Assembly (NCBI GenBank): GCA_965250285.1
Contig: OZ252299.1
Span: 2,336,001 to 2,400,000 of the forward strand
Origin: Myxococcota bacterium
Lineage (GTDB): Bacteria > Myxococcota_A > UBA9160 > UBA4427
DNA length: 64,000 bases
Direction of reading: 5' to 3'
A model generated the notes under the pieces. The model had not been told where the DNA came from. It saw only the letters and a list, made by a program, of their open reading frames with translations, and did no database searches. Every line of letters begins with the position of its first letter. Position 1 is the stretch's first letter. The position numbers and the translations under genes are program-made. Positions 32,868 to 43,183 of the stretch are shown piece by piece.

Positions 32868-35654
32868 TCAGCCGACGACGAGACTGGTGAGCACGGCGCG
32901 GATCTGAACCGGCGCCGCCGGCTTGCGCAGCATCGGGAGGCCGCGCGCACGCACCCTGGCCACGACGTCGGGGCTGCTCTCACCGGTCAGTACGGCCGCA
33001 GCCAGCTCGCCCCAGGTCTGCTCGAGCTCATCGAGCGCGTCGAGGCCCGTCCCGAGCTCGAGCGTGTAGTCGAGGAGTGCGACGTCAGGGTCGAAGTCGG
33101 GGGTGTCCTCGATGACGGCCTTCGCGGTGGCGGCGGCGGCGACCTCCGCGCCCCAACCACGCACGAGTCGCGCCACGGCTTCGCGCGTCTCCGGGTCGTC
33201 GTCGATCACGACGACGCGCGCTCCGGCCAGCCGATCGTGCGCGCCGCTCGGCGAGACCGCGCGCGTCGCGACCCGCTCGGCCGCCTCCGCCCGCACCGAG
33301 ATCGTCGAGCCCTCGCCCGGCGTCGAGCGCACACCGATTGTGTGGCCGAGCAGATCACACAGCCGGCTCACGATCGAAAGCCCGAGTCCGGCCCCCTGAC
33401 GCTCGCCCGCCGCGCTGCGTCCCCGACGCCCCGCTTCGAAGAGGCCCTGCAGCTCGGCTTCTTCCATGCCTCGACCGGTGTCGATCACTTCGAGGACGAC
33501 GTCATCCCTGCTCGCAACCGCATCGACGCGCACGCTTCCGACCTCGGTGTACCGGATCGCGTTGCCGACCAGGTTCTGTACGACCGAGCGCAGCATCGAG
33601 GGGTCGCTCTTCACCGCGAGACCGTGACCGGTCGCACGCAGGTCGAGCCCCTTCTCCTGAGCGAGCGGCTCGAGAAAGATCCGCACCTCGGTGAAGAGCT
33701 CGTCGAGCGGTACCGTCTGGAGCTGCGCGCGCACGGTCCCGGCGTCGAGGCGCGAGTCGTCGAGCAGGGTCTCGAACTGCTGCTGCATGGCGATCGCCGA
33801 GAGCTGCGCCTTCTCGACGAGACCCCGGTCTTCGTCCGCCTCGACCCGCTCACCCAGCGTCGCGAGGAAGAGCCGCAGGGCCTGAACGGGTTGGCGCAGA
33901 TCGTGGCTCGCGCTGGCCAGCAGCGCCGTCTTGTCGGCGCTCTCCTGCTCGGCGCGCCGCTTGCCCTCGGAAAGCTCCTCATTGAGCGCACGCGCATGCC
34001 CCAGCAGCTCTTGGTGCTCGAGCGCTGCGAGGCGGGCCGCGACGCGCTCGGCGACGACCGCGAGCAGGGCTCGGTCGCGCTCGTCATAGGGGTCTCCGCT
34101 TCGGCTCGGCGCGACGACGATCACCCCCTCGACCGCGCTGGCCGGCAGCTGCGCCACCAGCGGCCACTGCACGTCCAGCAAGATGCCGTCCTCTTCGCGA
34201 ATCGCCGACGGGGGCGCAGGCGAATCGGGCTCGATCGAAGCCAGATCGAGCTCGGCCGGTAGATCGCCGGTGCGCGAGACGGGGCGGAGCCCGTCCTCCA
34301 TGCGAACGAAGAGCGCCGCACCACGGGCGTTCCACGCATCGCGGGCCTGACCGGTCACGAGCGCCGCGATCTCGCGCAGCTTGTCGGCATGGCCAAGCGC
34401 ATCGAGCAGGCGTTCCACCGCGGCGGCTCGGGCGCGACGCTGCTCGAGGGTCCATCGATCGAGCGCGACGCGCGCGCCGTAGGCCGCGGGCCCGATGACT
34501 GCGACGGCGCCGAACAGCAGCAGCAGCGACGCGGTCCCCTCGGCGACGCCCGCCTGCTGCACGAGTGCTTCGCGCGCGCCGGGACCGGCCCCGACGGCCA
34601 CGCCGCCGAAGACGAGGATCGCGCCGAACACGACGGCCGCGACGTTCAGGACGCGGTCGATGTCGAAGAGCCCGTGTCGCGCGATCGCGATCCAGAGACA
34701 GATGGGGATGGCGAGCTGCGCGAGCTGCCCCGGGAAGAACCAGTACCCGAGGTCGGGTCGCACCGACGAGATGAAACCGATGACCGGCCCAGGCACGCTC
34801 GCGATCAACATGCCCAGCAGCAGCCACTTGAAGCGACGGCGGTTCGTGCGGTTCGAGACGCGGTAGCGATCGATGCCGACGGCGAGGGTCACGATCGGTG
34901 CCGCGATCGTGATCAGCTTGTTGCCATAGTCGACGATGCCCGCGCCGCCTGAATCGAAGAACATCGCGTCGACGAGGATCGGACCGTTCAGACCGAGCAA
35001 CCACGGCCAGCCCCGCGCCCACTTCGCCCCCTCGCGGCCATCGGGGAAGTGACGCACGAGCCGCACGTTGAGCGGCTGCAGGAACACGAGCGATCCGGCC
35101 TGGAGCCAGAACGCGGCGAGCAGCTCGGTCGGCGTCGTGCCGAAGCGCGCGCCGTAGTAGATCGCGCTGGCCATGAGCGCCGGAAAGGCGACCCGACTGA
35201 CCCGCAGCTCGGGAAAGCGCCACAGCCCGAAGATCGCCAGCCCGCCGAACACGAGCGAGAGGACGAGCGGCGGCCACTTGGGCACGGGCTGCGGGATCCG
35301 CCCTTCGACTTCGATACGGCGGCCCTCGCGTTCGACGAGCAGCGGCAGCGCGTTCGTCCCGGCCATGCCGTCCCAGACGAGCGAGATGGCGCGCGGCCCG
35401 CTCGCCCCGCGCGCGTCGACGCCCGCGATCTCGATCAGACGGTCGCCTGGCTGAACGCTCGTGAACGCAGGCTCAGTCGTGACCGCCCAGGGCTGCATGC
35501 TCGAAACGACGGGGTAGCCGTCGGCGCTCGGTGCGCCATGGACGCGCAGCGGCGACTCGACGATGTCGCGATCGATCGACGCGAACGAGAGCACGAGCAC
35601 GAGCGCCCACAGAGGCGCGAGCACCCCGAATGCGATGCGATCGATGCTTCTCAC
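32868..35654 (-). CDS. Hybrid sensor histidine kinase (PDZ-like, multi-TM, HisKA, HATPase, REC)
   Basis: QPGDRLIEIAG PDZ-like; ASHDLRQP, NLVGNAIRYT, DTGRG, GLGL; receiver VIDDD..LDY..KP. Confidence 0.92.
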   Translation of the reverse strand: MRSIDRIAFGVLAPLWALVLVLSFASIDRDIVESPLRVHGAPSADGYPVVSSMQPWAVTTEPAFTSVQPGDRLIEIAGVDARGASGPRAISLVWDGMAGTNALPLLVEREGRRIEVEGRIPQPVPKWPPLVLSLVFGGLAIFGLWRFPELRVSRVAFPALMASAIYYGARFGTTPTELLAAFWLQAGSLVFLQPLNVRLVRHFPDGREGAKWARGWPWLLGLNGPILVDAMFFDSGGAGIVDYGNKLITIAAPIVTLAVGIDRYRVSNRTNRRRFKWLLLGMLIASVPGPVIGFISSVRPDLGYWFFPGQLAQLAIPICLWIAIARHGLFDIDRVLNVAAVVFGAILVFGGVAVGAGPGAREALVQQAGVAEGTASLLLLFGAVAVIGPAAYGARVALDRWTLEQRRARAAAVERLLDALGHADKLREIAALVTGQARDAWNARGAALFVRMEDGLRPVSRTGDLPAELDLASIEPDSPAPPSAIREEDGILLDVQWPLVAQLPASAVEGVIVVAPSRSGDPYDERDRALLAVVAERVAARLAALEHQELLGHARALNEELSEGKRRAEQESADKTALLASASHDLRQPVQALRLFLATLGERVEADEDRGLVEKAQLSAIAMQQQFETLLDDSRLDAGTVRAQLQTVPLDELFTEVRIFLEPLAQEKGLDLRATGHGLAVKSDPSMLRSVVQNLVGNAIRYTEVGSVRVDAVASRDDVVLEVIDTGRGMEEAELQGLFEAGRRGRSAAGERQGAGLGLSIVSRLCDLLGHTIGVRSTPGEGSTISVRAEAAERVATRAVSPSGAHDRLAGARVVVIDDDPETREAVARLVRGWGAEVAAAATAKAVIEDTPDFDPDVALLDYTLELGTGLDALDELEQTWGELAAAVLTGESSPDVVARVRARGLPMLRKPAAPVQIRAVLTSLVVG

Positions 35655-35760
35655 GATCGGCCCCGATCGCGCTTCGCGAGCGAGATCGTCGTCGGATGGG
35701 ATGCACGATGGGGGCAGCGCATCATCCGACGGCGTCGCGCACCGGCGTGCGGGCCGGGCA

Positions 35761-36387
35761 TCAGGACCCGTCGCGTTGAGGGACGACGAGCCCGCGCTCG
35801 ACGAGCGCGAGCACGGCCTCCGTGCGATTGCTCACCTCGAGCATGCCGAGGATCGCCTCGACGTAGTTCTTGACCGTGCCCATGCGAATGCCGAGCACAT
35901 CGCCGATCTCGCGATTCGTGAGCCCCTTCACGAGCAGCTCGGCGACTTCGCGCTGCCGGGGCGTCAGATGGGTCGAAGCGATCGACTGCGCAGCCTCGAG
36001 GAGTGCAGGCGGCACGAACTCGTCGCCGGCCAGCACCTTGCGCAGCGCGTCGAGCAGCTCCTCGCGGCTCGCCGACTTCGGGATGTAACCCTGTGCCCCG
36101 CGATCGAGCGCCGCGCGCACGTCGCTCGCCCGGGTCGAGCCCGAAAAGACCGCAACCCCGGTCGCCGGCCAGCGCTCGCGCAGCTGCATCAGCAGGTCGA
36201 GCCCATCGACATCGGGCAGCCCCAGATCGAGGAGCACCAGCGCGACGTCGCCTTCGCGCTCGAGGACCTCGAGGGCCTCGGCCGCCGTCCGCGCCTCGAG
36301 CAGGCTGGGGCTCTCGGGCAACGCTTGCAGGACCTGGTGCAGCCCCTCGCGCAGCAGGTCGTGGTCTTCGCAGGACAGGATCTTCAC
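35761..36387 (-). CDS. NarL/LuxR family response regulator
   Basis: EDHDLLREG, LLDLGLPD, LTPRQREV..GLTNREIG..TVKNY; GTG start. Confidence 0.94.
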   Translation of the reverse strand: MKILSCEDHDLLREGLHQVLQALPESPSLLEARTAAEALEVLEREGDVALVLLDLGLPDVDGLDLLMQLRERWPATGVAVFSGSTRASDVRAALDRGAQGYIPKSASREELLDALRKVLAGDEFVPPALLEAAQSIASTHLTPRQREVAELLVKGLTNREIGDVLGIRMGTVKNYVEAILGMLEVSNRTEAVLALVERGLVVPQRDGS

Positions 36388-36607
36388 TCGGGCTCCGGAC
36401 ACCCCAGAGGGTCGTCGATCCGGCCCGCCGCCGCCACGCGTTCGCCACGGTTGAATCCGTCTGATCGAGCACCTGCCCACCTCCCCACCATCGCGCTGGA
36501 GCGCTCGGCTCCGGCGACTTCGGGCAGGTTAGGTGCGCCCCAAGCGGCACGACATGGGCCGATCGGCCCCTGTCCAGATCGGCTGCTCGAACGGCCTCGG
36601 TGCCGCG

Positions 36608-38329
36608 CTAGGCCCCCGACTCGAGCGATCGCAGCAGCGCGATGGTCTCGTTCGTCTGCGGATACAGCACTTGCTGATCGCTGCAGCGACCGAGGGCGTC
36701 GGGTTGGAGGCTGCCGAAGAGCAGCCGCCAGAGTCGACCCCAGCCGCGTCCCCACGCCGAATCGGGCTGGCCATTGGCCGCGCAGCCGTCGATGCGAGGG
36801 ACGACGGCGAAGTCGATCACCATCGCAGCGAAGCGATAGAGGCCGCGATCGGACATCCACGAGGCCAGGTCGAGGCCGCGGTGCACGCGCGTGCGCAGGA
36901 ACGGCGTGGTCCATGCATCGTCGTCGAGTGCACCGAACGCGGCGAAGAGGTCGTCGAGCGCGAAGCCGGCCTGCTGAGCCGCGCTGGGTGTGAAGTAGGC
37001 GTCGAAGTCGACCTCGAGCTCGTACGAGGGTGACCGGACATGGGCGCTGAAGTCGAGGGGATCGTTCGGGTTCGCCGCGAAGCCGATCATCCAGAGCCCC
37101 TCCCAGTCGAGGATGCTCTCGAAGCCCGGGGGCGGGTTCCCGAGGAAGAGCTCGTCGAGGTAGGTCTCGTAGTAGGCCCGCTCTTCTTCGGTGTCGAAGT
37201 CGGGGTGCGCGAGCAGCCAGCCGTCCGGGACCGTGTCGAGGCGCTTGAAGCCGAGCGTCAGCAGCCCGAGGTACTGCGCCTCGTCGATGTCGAGCACGTC
37301 CATGATCTGCCCGCGCTGATCCCATGCGAGGAAGATCGTCTCGACGAAGTGATCGATCGTCGTGCGGTTGCGCCCGATCGTCGGCGAGTACGTGTCGAAG
37401 CGGAACACGTTCGACTCGAAGTCGAGCTCGTAGATGCGCAGCCAGCCATCCCCCCCGTTTCGAGTGCTCTGGTAGTCGGTGAGGATCTGGATGATCAGCT
37501 TCTGTTCGACGTCGAGGCCGTCGAGACGCAACCACTCGGAGTGAAAGTGGCCCGCGTGGATCATGACGATGTTCGGGTGCTGTTTCACGAAGATGTGGAA
37601 GAAGTCCTCGGCGTTGACCGGGTTGATCACGCCGTCGACCGGGCCGCCGGTCAGGTTGATCGGACCGAAGATCGTCTCGACGTCTTCCGAGTAGCGCCCG
37701 CCCGAGATCTTGAAGTCGTAGAGGTAGCGGTGCGTTCCGATCACGAAGATCGTGTCGGGATTCGATGAGACGATATCGTTGGCCCACTCGATCTCGTCGA
37801 GCGGCTGATCGACGCTGAAGTTGAGGAAACCGATCTTGTAGCGATCGTGCTCGAGGATCTGCAGGTTCGCTCCGCCGCCGGGCGACGAGGCCGTGTACCA
37901 GTCGCGTCCTTCGAAGACCTGGGGCCCGAAGTAGTCGAGGTAGTTGCGCGCGTAGTCCGGTGGGTGCGTGTCGTCGTGGTTGCCCATCACCGTGCCGTGC
38001 GGGAGATCGGCGTCGAGCAGGACGTTCATCGCATCCTTCGCGATCTCCCACTCTTCGATCTTGTCGCCGCTCTGCACGATGTCGCCCAGGTGGCCGACGT
38101 AGCGGATGCTGCGCGCCTCGGCGTTGTCGACGATCCATTGCGTCTGGTCGAAGAAGATCGCGGCGGTCCCGCGTGGATCGGTCACGGCTGGCGTGCGCTC
38201 GAGGTCGGGAAAGCGATTCTCGCTGTACACCTGGGTATCCGGGAGGGAGACGAAGACGAACGGGCCCGCGTGCGCAGCGAGCGGCCAGAGGCAGGCGACG
38301 GCGAAGGTCAGCCGCGCAAGGGCAGTCAT
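36608..38329 (-). CDS. Secreted calcineurin-like metallophosphoesterase
   Basis: Signal peptide ending AHA; PDTQ, HLGD, GNHD, GHFH motifs. Confidence 0.87.
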   Translation of the reverse strand: MTALARLTFAVACLWPLAAHAGPFVFVSLPDTQVYSENRFPDLERTPAVTDPRGTAAIFFDQTQWIVDNAEARSIRYVGHLGDIVQSGDKIEEWEIAKDAMNVLLDADLPHGTVMGNHDDTHPPDYARNYLDYFGPQVFEGRDWYTASSPGGGANLQILEHDRYKIGFLNFSVDQPLDEIEWANDIVSSNPDTIFVIGTHRYLYDFKISGGRYSEDVETIFGPINLTGGPVDGVINPVNAEDFFHIFVKQHPNIVMIHAGHFHSEWLRLDGLDVEQKLIIQILTDYQSTRNGGDGWLRIYELDFESNVFRFDTYSPTIGRNRTTIDHFVETIFLAWDQRGQIMDVLDIDEAQYLGLLTLGFKRLDTVPDGWLLAHPDFDTEEERAYYETYLDELFLGNPPPGFESILDWEGLWMIGFAANPNDPLDFSAHVRSPSYELEVDFDAYFTPSAAQQAGFALDDLFAAFGALDDDAWTTPFLRTRVHRGLDLASWMSDRGLYRFAAMVIDFAVVPRIDGCAANGQPDSAWGRGWGRLWRLLFGSLQPDALGRCSDQQVLYPQTNETIALLRSLESGA

Positions 38330-38508
38330 GCATCGGAGCATCGGTCCGGTCCTCCACTGCGCACGATGTCGCCCGGGGCACGGGGGCGGGACGAAGTCGG
38401 ACGGCATGCGCTGGCCCCGATCCTACGCGGCGCAGGCGACTGACCGGTGAGAAGGGTGTGACAATCGAGCGAGGGCGCCGACAGCCGCTCGACCTCCCAA
38501 TGTAGGCG

Positions 38509-38549
38509 TTGACAACTTCGAGCCGCTTCGCCAAACTTGTCACTGACAA
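38509..38549 (+). promoter_or_regulatory. Sigma70-type promoter with overlapping palindromic TetR operator
   Basis: TTGACA (38509-14), 17 bp, CAAACT (38532-37); palindrome TTGTCA-C-TGACAA at 38537-38549. Confidence 0.65.
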
Positions 38550-38581
38550 CATCGGAAGCAACCCGCTCTGGAGGCCCCCAA

Positions 38582-39256
38582 TTGGCCTACCACCACGGCA
38601 ATCTGCGCGAAGCCCTGCTCATCCGGGCCGCTGAAGTCATCGCCGAGCGCGGCGTCGAGGGGCTCAGCCTGCGCGGACTCGCGCGCGATCTGGGAGTCTC
38701 GCACGCCGCCCCCCGCCGCCACTTCAGCGACCGCAACGCGCTGCTCGCCGAGCTGGCGAAGGAGGGCTTTCGGCGCGCGGTCGAAGCGATGGATGCGGGC
38801 GCCGCCGCGGCCGGCCCCGACCCGGTCGCCCGCTACCGCGCGCTCGGCCGATCCTACGTTGCGTTCGCGCGGTCGCAGCCCGCCCTCTTCCACACGCTGA
38901 ATCATCCCGAAGTGCGCACCATGACCGACGCAGCCTTGAGCGCGGCAAAGGGCCGATGGCTCGCCACACTGCGCGCGGGGGCCGAAGCCGCCCAGGCCGC
39001 CGGCTGGCACCCCGAGGTCGACACCGAGGTGCTCGTCGCCTTCAGCATCGCGGGTGCATCGGGCGCGGCCGCGCTCTTCTCAGATCCCGACTGGCTCGCG
39101 GACCTCGACGTCGACGATGTCGACGCGATGGCCGACGCCGTGCTCGATCTCGTCGTGCATCGCAGTCGGACCACCGCGCTGCCCGACCTCGAATCAGACG
39201 ACACACCCGAGTCGTTCGACCCGAACGACGACGCTCAGCGAAGGAGGGCTTCATGA
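38582..39256 (+). CDS. TetR/AcrR family regulator (WHG-type C-terminus)
   Basis: YHHGNLREAL..LSLR.LAR.LGVSHAAP..HF; TTG 38582 after GGAGG. Confidence 0.92.
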   Translation: MAYHHGNLREALLIRAAEVIAERGVEGLSLRGLARDLGVSHAAPRRHFSDRNALLAELAKEGFRRAVEAMDAGAAAAGPDPVARYRALGRSYVAFARSQPALFHTLNHPEVRTMTDAALSAAKGRWLATLRAGAEAAQAAGWHPEVDTEVLVAFSIAGASGAAALFSDPDWLADLDVDDVDAMADAVLDLVVHRSRTTALPDLESDDTPESFDPNDDAQRRRAS

Positions 39257-39453
39257 CGGCCCGAGACGTGCTCGGCAAGCTCGGAGAGTGGGGACCGGTG
39301 TTCTTCGGCATCGGCTTCATCGCGCCGCTCGTGGCACAGACGATGGACGCCGCCGGCGTCGCAGCGCCCTTCGGCCTCGCGACGATCCAGGTCGGCCTGG
39401 TCGTCGGCACGACCATGGGCCTGGTGGCCAAGCAAAGGGGGAGCTGGCTGTGA
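39253..39453 (+). CDS. Small two-TM membrane protein (66 aa)
   Basis: AAGGAGG RBS; ATGA and GTGA overlaps with both neighbours; PVFFGIGFIAPLVAQ. Confidence 0.8.
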   Translation: MTARDVLGKLGEWGPVFFGIGFIAPLVAQTMDAAGVAAPFGLATIQVGLVVGTTMGLVAKQRGSWL

Positions 39454-40346
39454 GCGCCGCAACGACCCCCGAGAAGATGACCGCCCCCGAGGCCCCGCCG
39501 AGCGATCGCCAGCGGATGCGCGAGGAGTACGCGATCGCCCGCAAGTACATGGGCCGCGTGCCGTGGGAGATGGTGGCGTGGGGTCTGGGCAACGTCGCTC
39601 TCTGGCTGTCACTCTGGCCACTGGTGCTCACGGGCACCCTGCCGCTCTGGGCGGGATTCGTGATCTCGTGCCTCTGCATGGCGATGGCCTATCTGCCTTC
39701 GCACGAGGCCCAGCACTCGATCATCGGCGCCGAGGGCACGAAGTGGCGCTGGCTGAACGAGCTCGTCGGCCACGTATCGACGATCCCGCTCGTGTTCCCC
39801 TACCGGATCGCGTGGATCACCCACAAGCAGCACCACGCCCACGCAAACGATCCCGAGAAGGATCCCGACTACGCGGTGACCGCGCCGACGTGGTGGCAGT
39901 CGGTGCTCGTCACGCTCAAGACGCGCCAGCCGGGCGCCAACGACGGCTATGCCCGATGCCTGCGCGAGAGCGACGACCCGATGGTCGGGCGCGCGGTCGC
40001 CGAGGGCGCGATCATGAACCTGTCGTTCTACGCGATCCTGACCGCGCTCGCCTGGTCGGGCCACGCGATCGAAGCATTCTTTCTCTGGTGGCTGCCGAGA
40101 CACATCGGGTACAGCTACCTGCTGCTCTTCCTCAGCTGGGCGCCGCACCACCCGGGTGACGAGACCGGACGCTACGGCGATACCCGCGCCTGGAGGTCGC
40201 CGGTCGGCACGATCCTCTCGATGGGGATGGAGTACCACGTGGTGCACCACCTCTTTCCGAAGATCCCGCTCTTCCAGACGGGGCCAGCGTACTGGGAGAT
40301 GCGCGAGCTACTGATCGAGCGCGGTGTCCGCAACGACGGACTCTGA
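39450..40346 (+). CDS. Membrane di-iron fatty acid desaturase / CrtR-like hydroxylase
   Basis: Three His boxes: HEAQH, HKQHH, HVVHH. Confidence 0.9.
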   Translation: MSAATTPEKMTAPEAPPSDRQRMREEYAIARKYMGRVPWEMVAWGLGNVALWLSLWPLVLTGTLPLWAGFVISCLCMAMAYLPSHEAQHSIIGAEGTKWRWLNELVGHVSTIPLVFPYRIAWITHKQHHAHANDPEKDPDYAVTAPTWWQSVLVTLKTRQPGANDGYARCLRESDDPMVGRAVAEGAIMNLSFYAILTALAWSGHAIEAFFLWWLPRHIGYSYLLLFLSWAPHHPGDETGRYGDTRAWRSPVGTILSMGMEYHVVHHLFPKIPLFQTGPAYWEMRELLIERGVRNDGL

Positions 40347-40438
40347 CGCGCGCACGACCCGCGCACCACGCGCGTCCCCTATGCTTGTGCGGCCCCCCGC
40401 AGCCGACGCGCCCCGCGCGTCGCGCATCGAGGTCACAC

Positions 40439-41191
40439 ATGCAGTACGGACGCACCGCCAACCCGGCGCTCAACGCCGACACCTTCACGAGCATGCCCGC
40501 CGCCGCGAGCGACGAGGTCATGACGATCGGGGGGACGGTCGGCAAGAGCACGATCCTGCTGCTGATCCTGCTGATCGCTGCGTCGTACACCTGGGATCTC
40601 TACTTCAGCGGAGCGCCCCCCGAGTCGCTCGTGCCCTGGATCTGGGGCGGCGCAGGCGGCGGGTTCGTGCTGGCATTGGTCACGATCTTCAAGAAGACCT
40701 GGTCGCCGATCACCGCACCACTCTACGCGGGCGCGCAGGGACTCTTCCTCGGGGCGATCTCGGGCTTCATGGAGGGATCGTTCCCCGGCATCGTGATTCA
40801 GGCCGTCGGCCTCACGATCGGCACGTTCTTCGCCCTGCTCATGGCCTATGCGTCGGGTCTGATCAAGGCGACCGAGAACTTCAAGCTCGGCGTCGTCGCG
40901 GCGACGGGCGGCATCGCCCTGGTCTACCTGGTCAGCATCGTGATGAGCTTCTTCGGCACCACCGTGCCGTTCATTCACGACTCGGGGCCCATCGGCATCG
41001 GCTTCTCGCTGGTCGTCGTCGTGATCGCAGCGCTCAACCTCGTGCTCGACTTCGACTTCATCGAGCAAGGGGCCGAGCACGGCGCACCCAAGTACATGGA
41101 GTGGTACGCGTCGTTCGGCCTGCTCGTCACCCTCGTTTGGCTCTACCTCGAGATGCTGCGCCTGCTCGCCAAGGTGCGCGGGCGCAATTGA
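40439..41191 (+). CDS. Bax inhibitor-1/YccA family membrane protein
   Basis: MTIGGTVGK, about 7 TM helices, NLVLDFDFIE, APKYMEWY..FGLLVTLVWLYLE.LRLL. Confidence 0.92.
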   Translation: MQYGRTANPALNADTFTSMPAAASDEVMTIGGTVGKSTILLLILLIAASYTWDLYFSGAPPESLVPWIWGGAGGGFVLALVTIFKKTWSPITAPLYAGAQGLFLGAISGFMEGSFPGIVIQAVGLTIGTFFALLMAYASGLIKATENFKLGVVAATGGIALVYLVSIVMSFFGTTVPFIHDSGPIGIGFSLVVVVIAALNLVLDFDFIEQGAEHGAPKYMEWYASFGLLVTLVWLYLEMLRLLAKVRGRN

Positions 41192-41754
41192 ACGCGCGGG
41201 GCTCCAGCGAAGTGCTCGGGCGGTTCGCACTCACCCTGATGCTCCTCTCGGCGACGGCGTGTACCGGCGTACCCGACGGCTTGAAACCCGTCGACGGCTT
41301 CGACCTCGATCGCTACCTGGGCACGTGGTACGAGATCGCTCGCCTCGATCACCGCTTCGAACGCGGGCTCGAAGACGTGTCGGCGCAGTACCGCCTGCGC
41401 GACGACGGCCAGATCGAGGTCATCAATCGCGGCTACGACCCCGAGAAGGGGGAGTGGAAGGAGGCGGTCGGGCGGGCGCGACCGATCGATGGGCCGACCG
41501 TCGGCAGCCTCAAGGTCAGCTTCTTCGGCCCGTTCTGGGGCGGCTACCACATCATCGCGCTCGACGAAGTCGGCTATCGCTACGCGCTCGTGAGCGGGCC
41601 AGATCGCGGCTATCTCTGGCTGCTGGCCCGCGATCGCCAGATCGACCCCGCGCGACGCGACGCGCTCGTCGAGCAGGCCCGCGCCGACGGGTTCGACGTC
41701 GACGCCCTCATCTGGGTCCCCCAAACGCGTCAGGATCCCGCGCTCGCACCGTAG
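41188..41754 (+). CDS. blc: Bacterial lipocalin lipoprotein
   Basis: Lipobox ATAC; DRYLGTWYEIARLDHRFERG, LKVSFFGPF, YLWLLAR. Confidence 0.92.
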   Translation: MNARGSSEVLGRFALTLMLLSATACTGVPDGLKPVDGFDLDRYLGTWYEIARLDHRFERGLEDVSAQYRLRDDGQIEVINRGYDPEKGEWKEAVGRARPIDGPTVGSLKVSFFGPFWGGYHIIALDEVGYRYALVSGPDRGYLWLLARDRQIDPARRDALVEQARADGFDVDALIWVPQTRQDPALAP

Positions 41755-41823
41755 AGGCCCTGCCCTCGAAGCCGCAGACGCACGGACATCGCTCCGCAGA
41801 CGCCCCGCCTTCGCTCCGTGCGT

Positions 41824-43077
41824 TCAGCGCACGCGAAAGCGCACCGGCACCCGGCCCGGCACGCGGAAGAGCGACCGGCCCCACTGCGTCTTCTCGTCGA
41901 GCAGCTCGAAGTCACCGAAGCGCTGCACGATGCGACCGATCGCGATCTGCGACTCGAGGCGCGCGAGGTGGGCGCCGAGGCAGACGTGGTTCCCACCGCC
42001 GAACGAGAGCTGCGCCGGCGGCGCGGGCTTGGCCGCGAAGCGCGCGACGTCGAAGCGCTCGGGGTCGGCGTAGGCGGCCGGGTCGCGGTTGCCGGCTGCG
42101 AGACCGATCGCAACCTCTTCGTCGACCTCCATGCGATAGCCGCCGATCTCGAAGGGCTCGTGCAGAATCCGCACGGTCCAGGTGATCGGCCCCGAGTAGC
42201 GCAGACACTCTTCGGTGGCGCTCTCGATCAGGTCGGGTTCGCGGTGCAGGCGCTCGAGCTCGCGCGGGTTCTGGATCAGGGTCGTCAGCCCGTTGGCGAT
42301 GAGCCCGATCGTCGTCTCGAAGCCCGCGATCAGCAGGCCGATCGACTGCACGAGCAGCTCGGGGCCGCTCAGGCGATCGCCCTCTTCCTCGGCGCGGATC
42401 AGGCCCGTCAGCAGATCGTCGCGCTCATCTCCGCGGCGCCGCTCGATCAGCGCGTTGAAGTAGCCAGCGAGCGCCGTGACCGCCGCTTCCACCCGCTCGA
42501 CGAGCTCGGGAGGTGCGTTGCCACGTCGAAGCGCGAGCCCGTGCGTGGCATCGGCCGTCCACTCGGTGAACGTGTCGCGGTCTTCGACGGGCACGCCGAG
42601 CATCTCGCAGATCAGCGTGGCCGGGACCGGCAACGCCAGATCCTTGACCAGATCCATCTCGCCGCGGTCGGCGACCGCATCGAGCAGCTCGTCCGTGACG
42701 GCCTCGATGCGGGGACGCCAGGCGGCGATCGAACGCGGCGTGAAGGCCTTGCTGACGAGCTTGCGCAGGCGCGTGTGCTTGGGCGGATCGGTCAGCAGCA
42801 TGAACTGGCTGCCGCCCTCGGCCTCGGCGTGCTCGACCGTCTCGCCCGGCAAGGTGCCGTTGGTCTGTCGCATGCCGGCACCCTGAAAGCGCAGCATGCG
42901 CAGGCAGTCGTCGTAGCGCGTCACGCGCCAGACACCCTCGGGCGTGAGGCTCACCGGCTGCGTCTCGCGCAGGTTCCGGTGGAAGGGGTACGGGTTCTCG
43001 TTGTACGCGGGGTCGAACGGATCCGCGCCGTGCCAGCCGGGCTCGGGGCGCTGTGCAGTCGAGATCGCTTCACTCAT
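41824..43077 (-). CDS. Cytochrome P450
   Basis: DPPKHTRLR, AGFETT, EECLR, FGGGNHVCLG. Confidence 0.95.
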   Translation of the reverse strand: MSEAISTAQRPEPGWHGADPFDPAYNENPYPFHRNLRETQPVSLTPEGVWRVTRYDDCLRMLRFQGAGMRQTNGTLPGETVEHAEAEGGSQFMLLTDPPKHTRLRKLVSKAFTPRSIAAWRPRIEAVTDELLDAVADRGEMDLVKDLALPVPATLICEMLGVPVEDRDTFTEWTADATHGLALRRGNAPPELVERVEAAVTALAGYFNALIERRRGDERDDLLTGLIRAEEEGDRLSGPELLVQSIGLLIAGFETTIGLIANGLTTLIQNPRELERLHREPDLIESATEECLRYSGPITWTVRILHEPFEIGGYRMEVDEEVAIGLAAGNRDPAAYADPERFDVARFAAKPAPPAQLSFGGGNHVCLGAHLARLESQIAIGRIVQRFGDFELLDEKTQWGRSLFRVPGRVPVRFRVR

Positions 43078-43183
43078 GCCGGCGAGAATAGCCCTTCACG
43101 CGACGGCGAGACCGACCGGGCCGCGCGACGGCTCCGGCGGGGGCGAGCGGAGTCACAGCCGACCGCATCGCGCAGGGTCGCCG

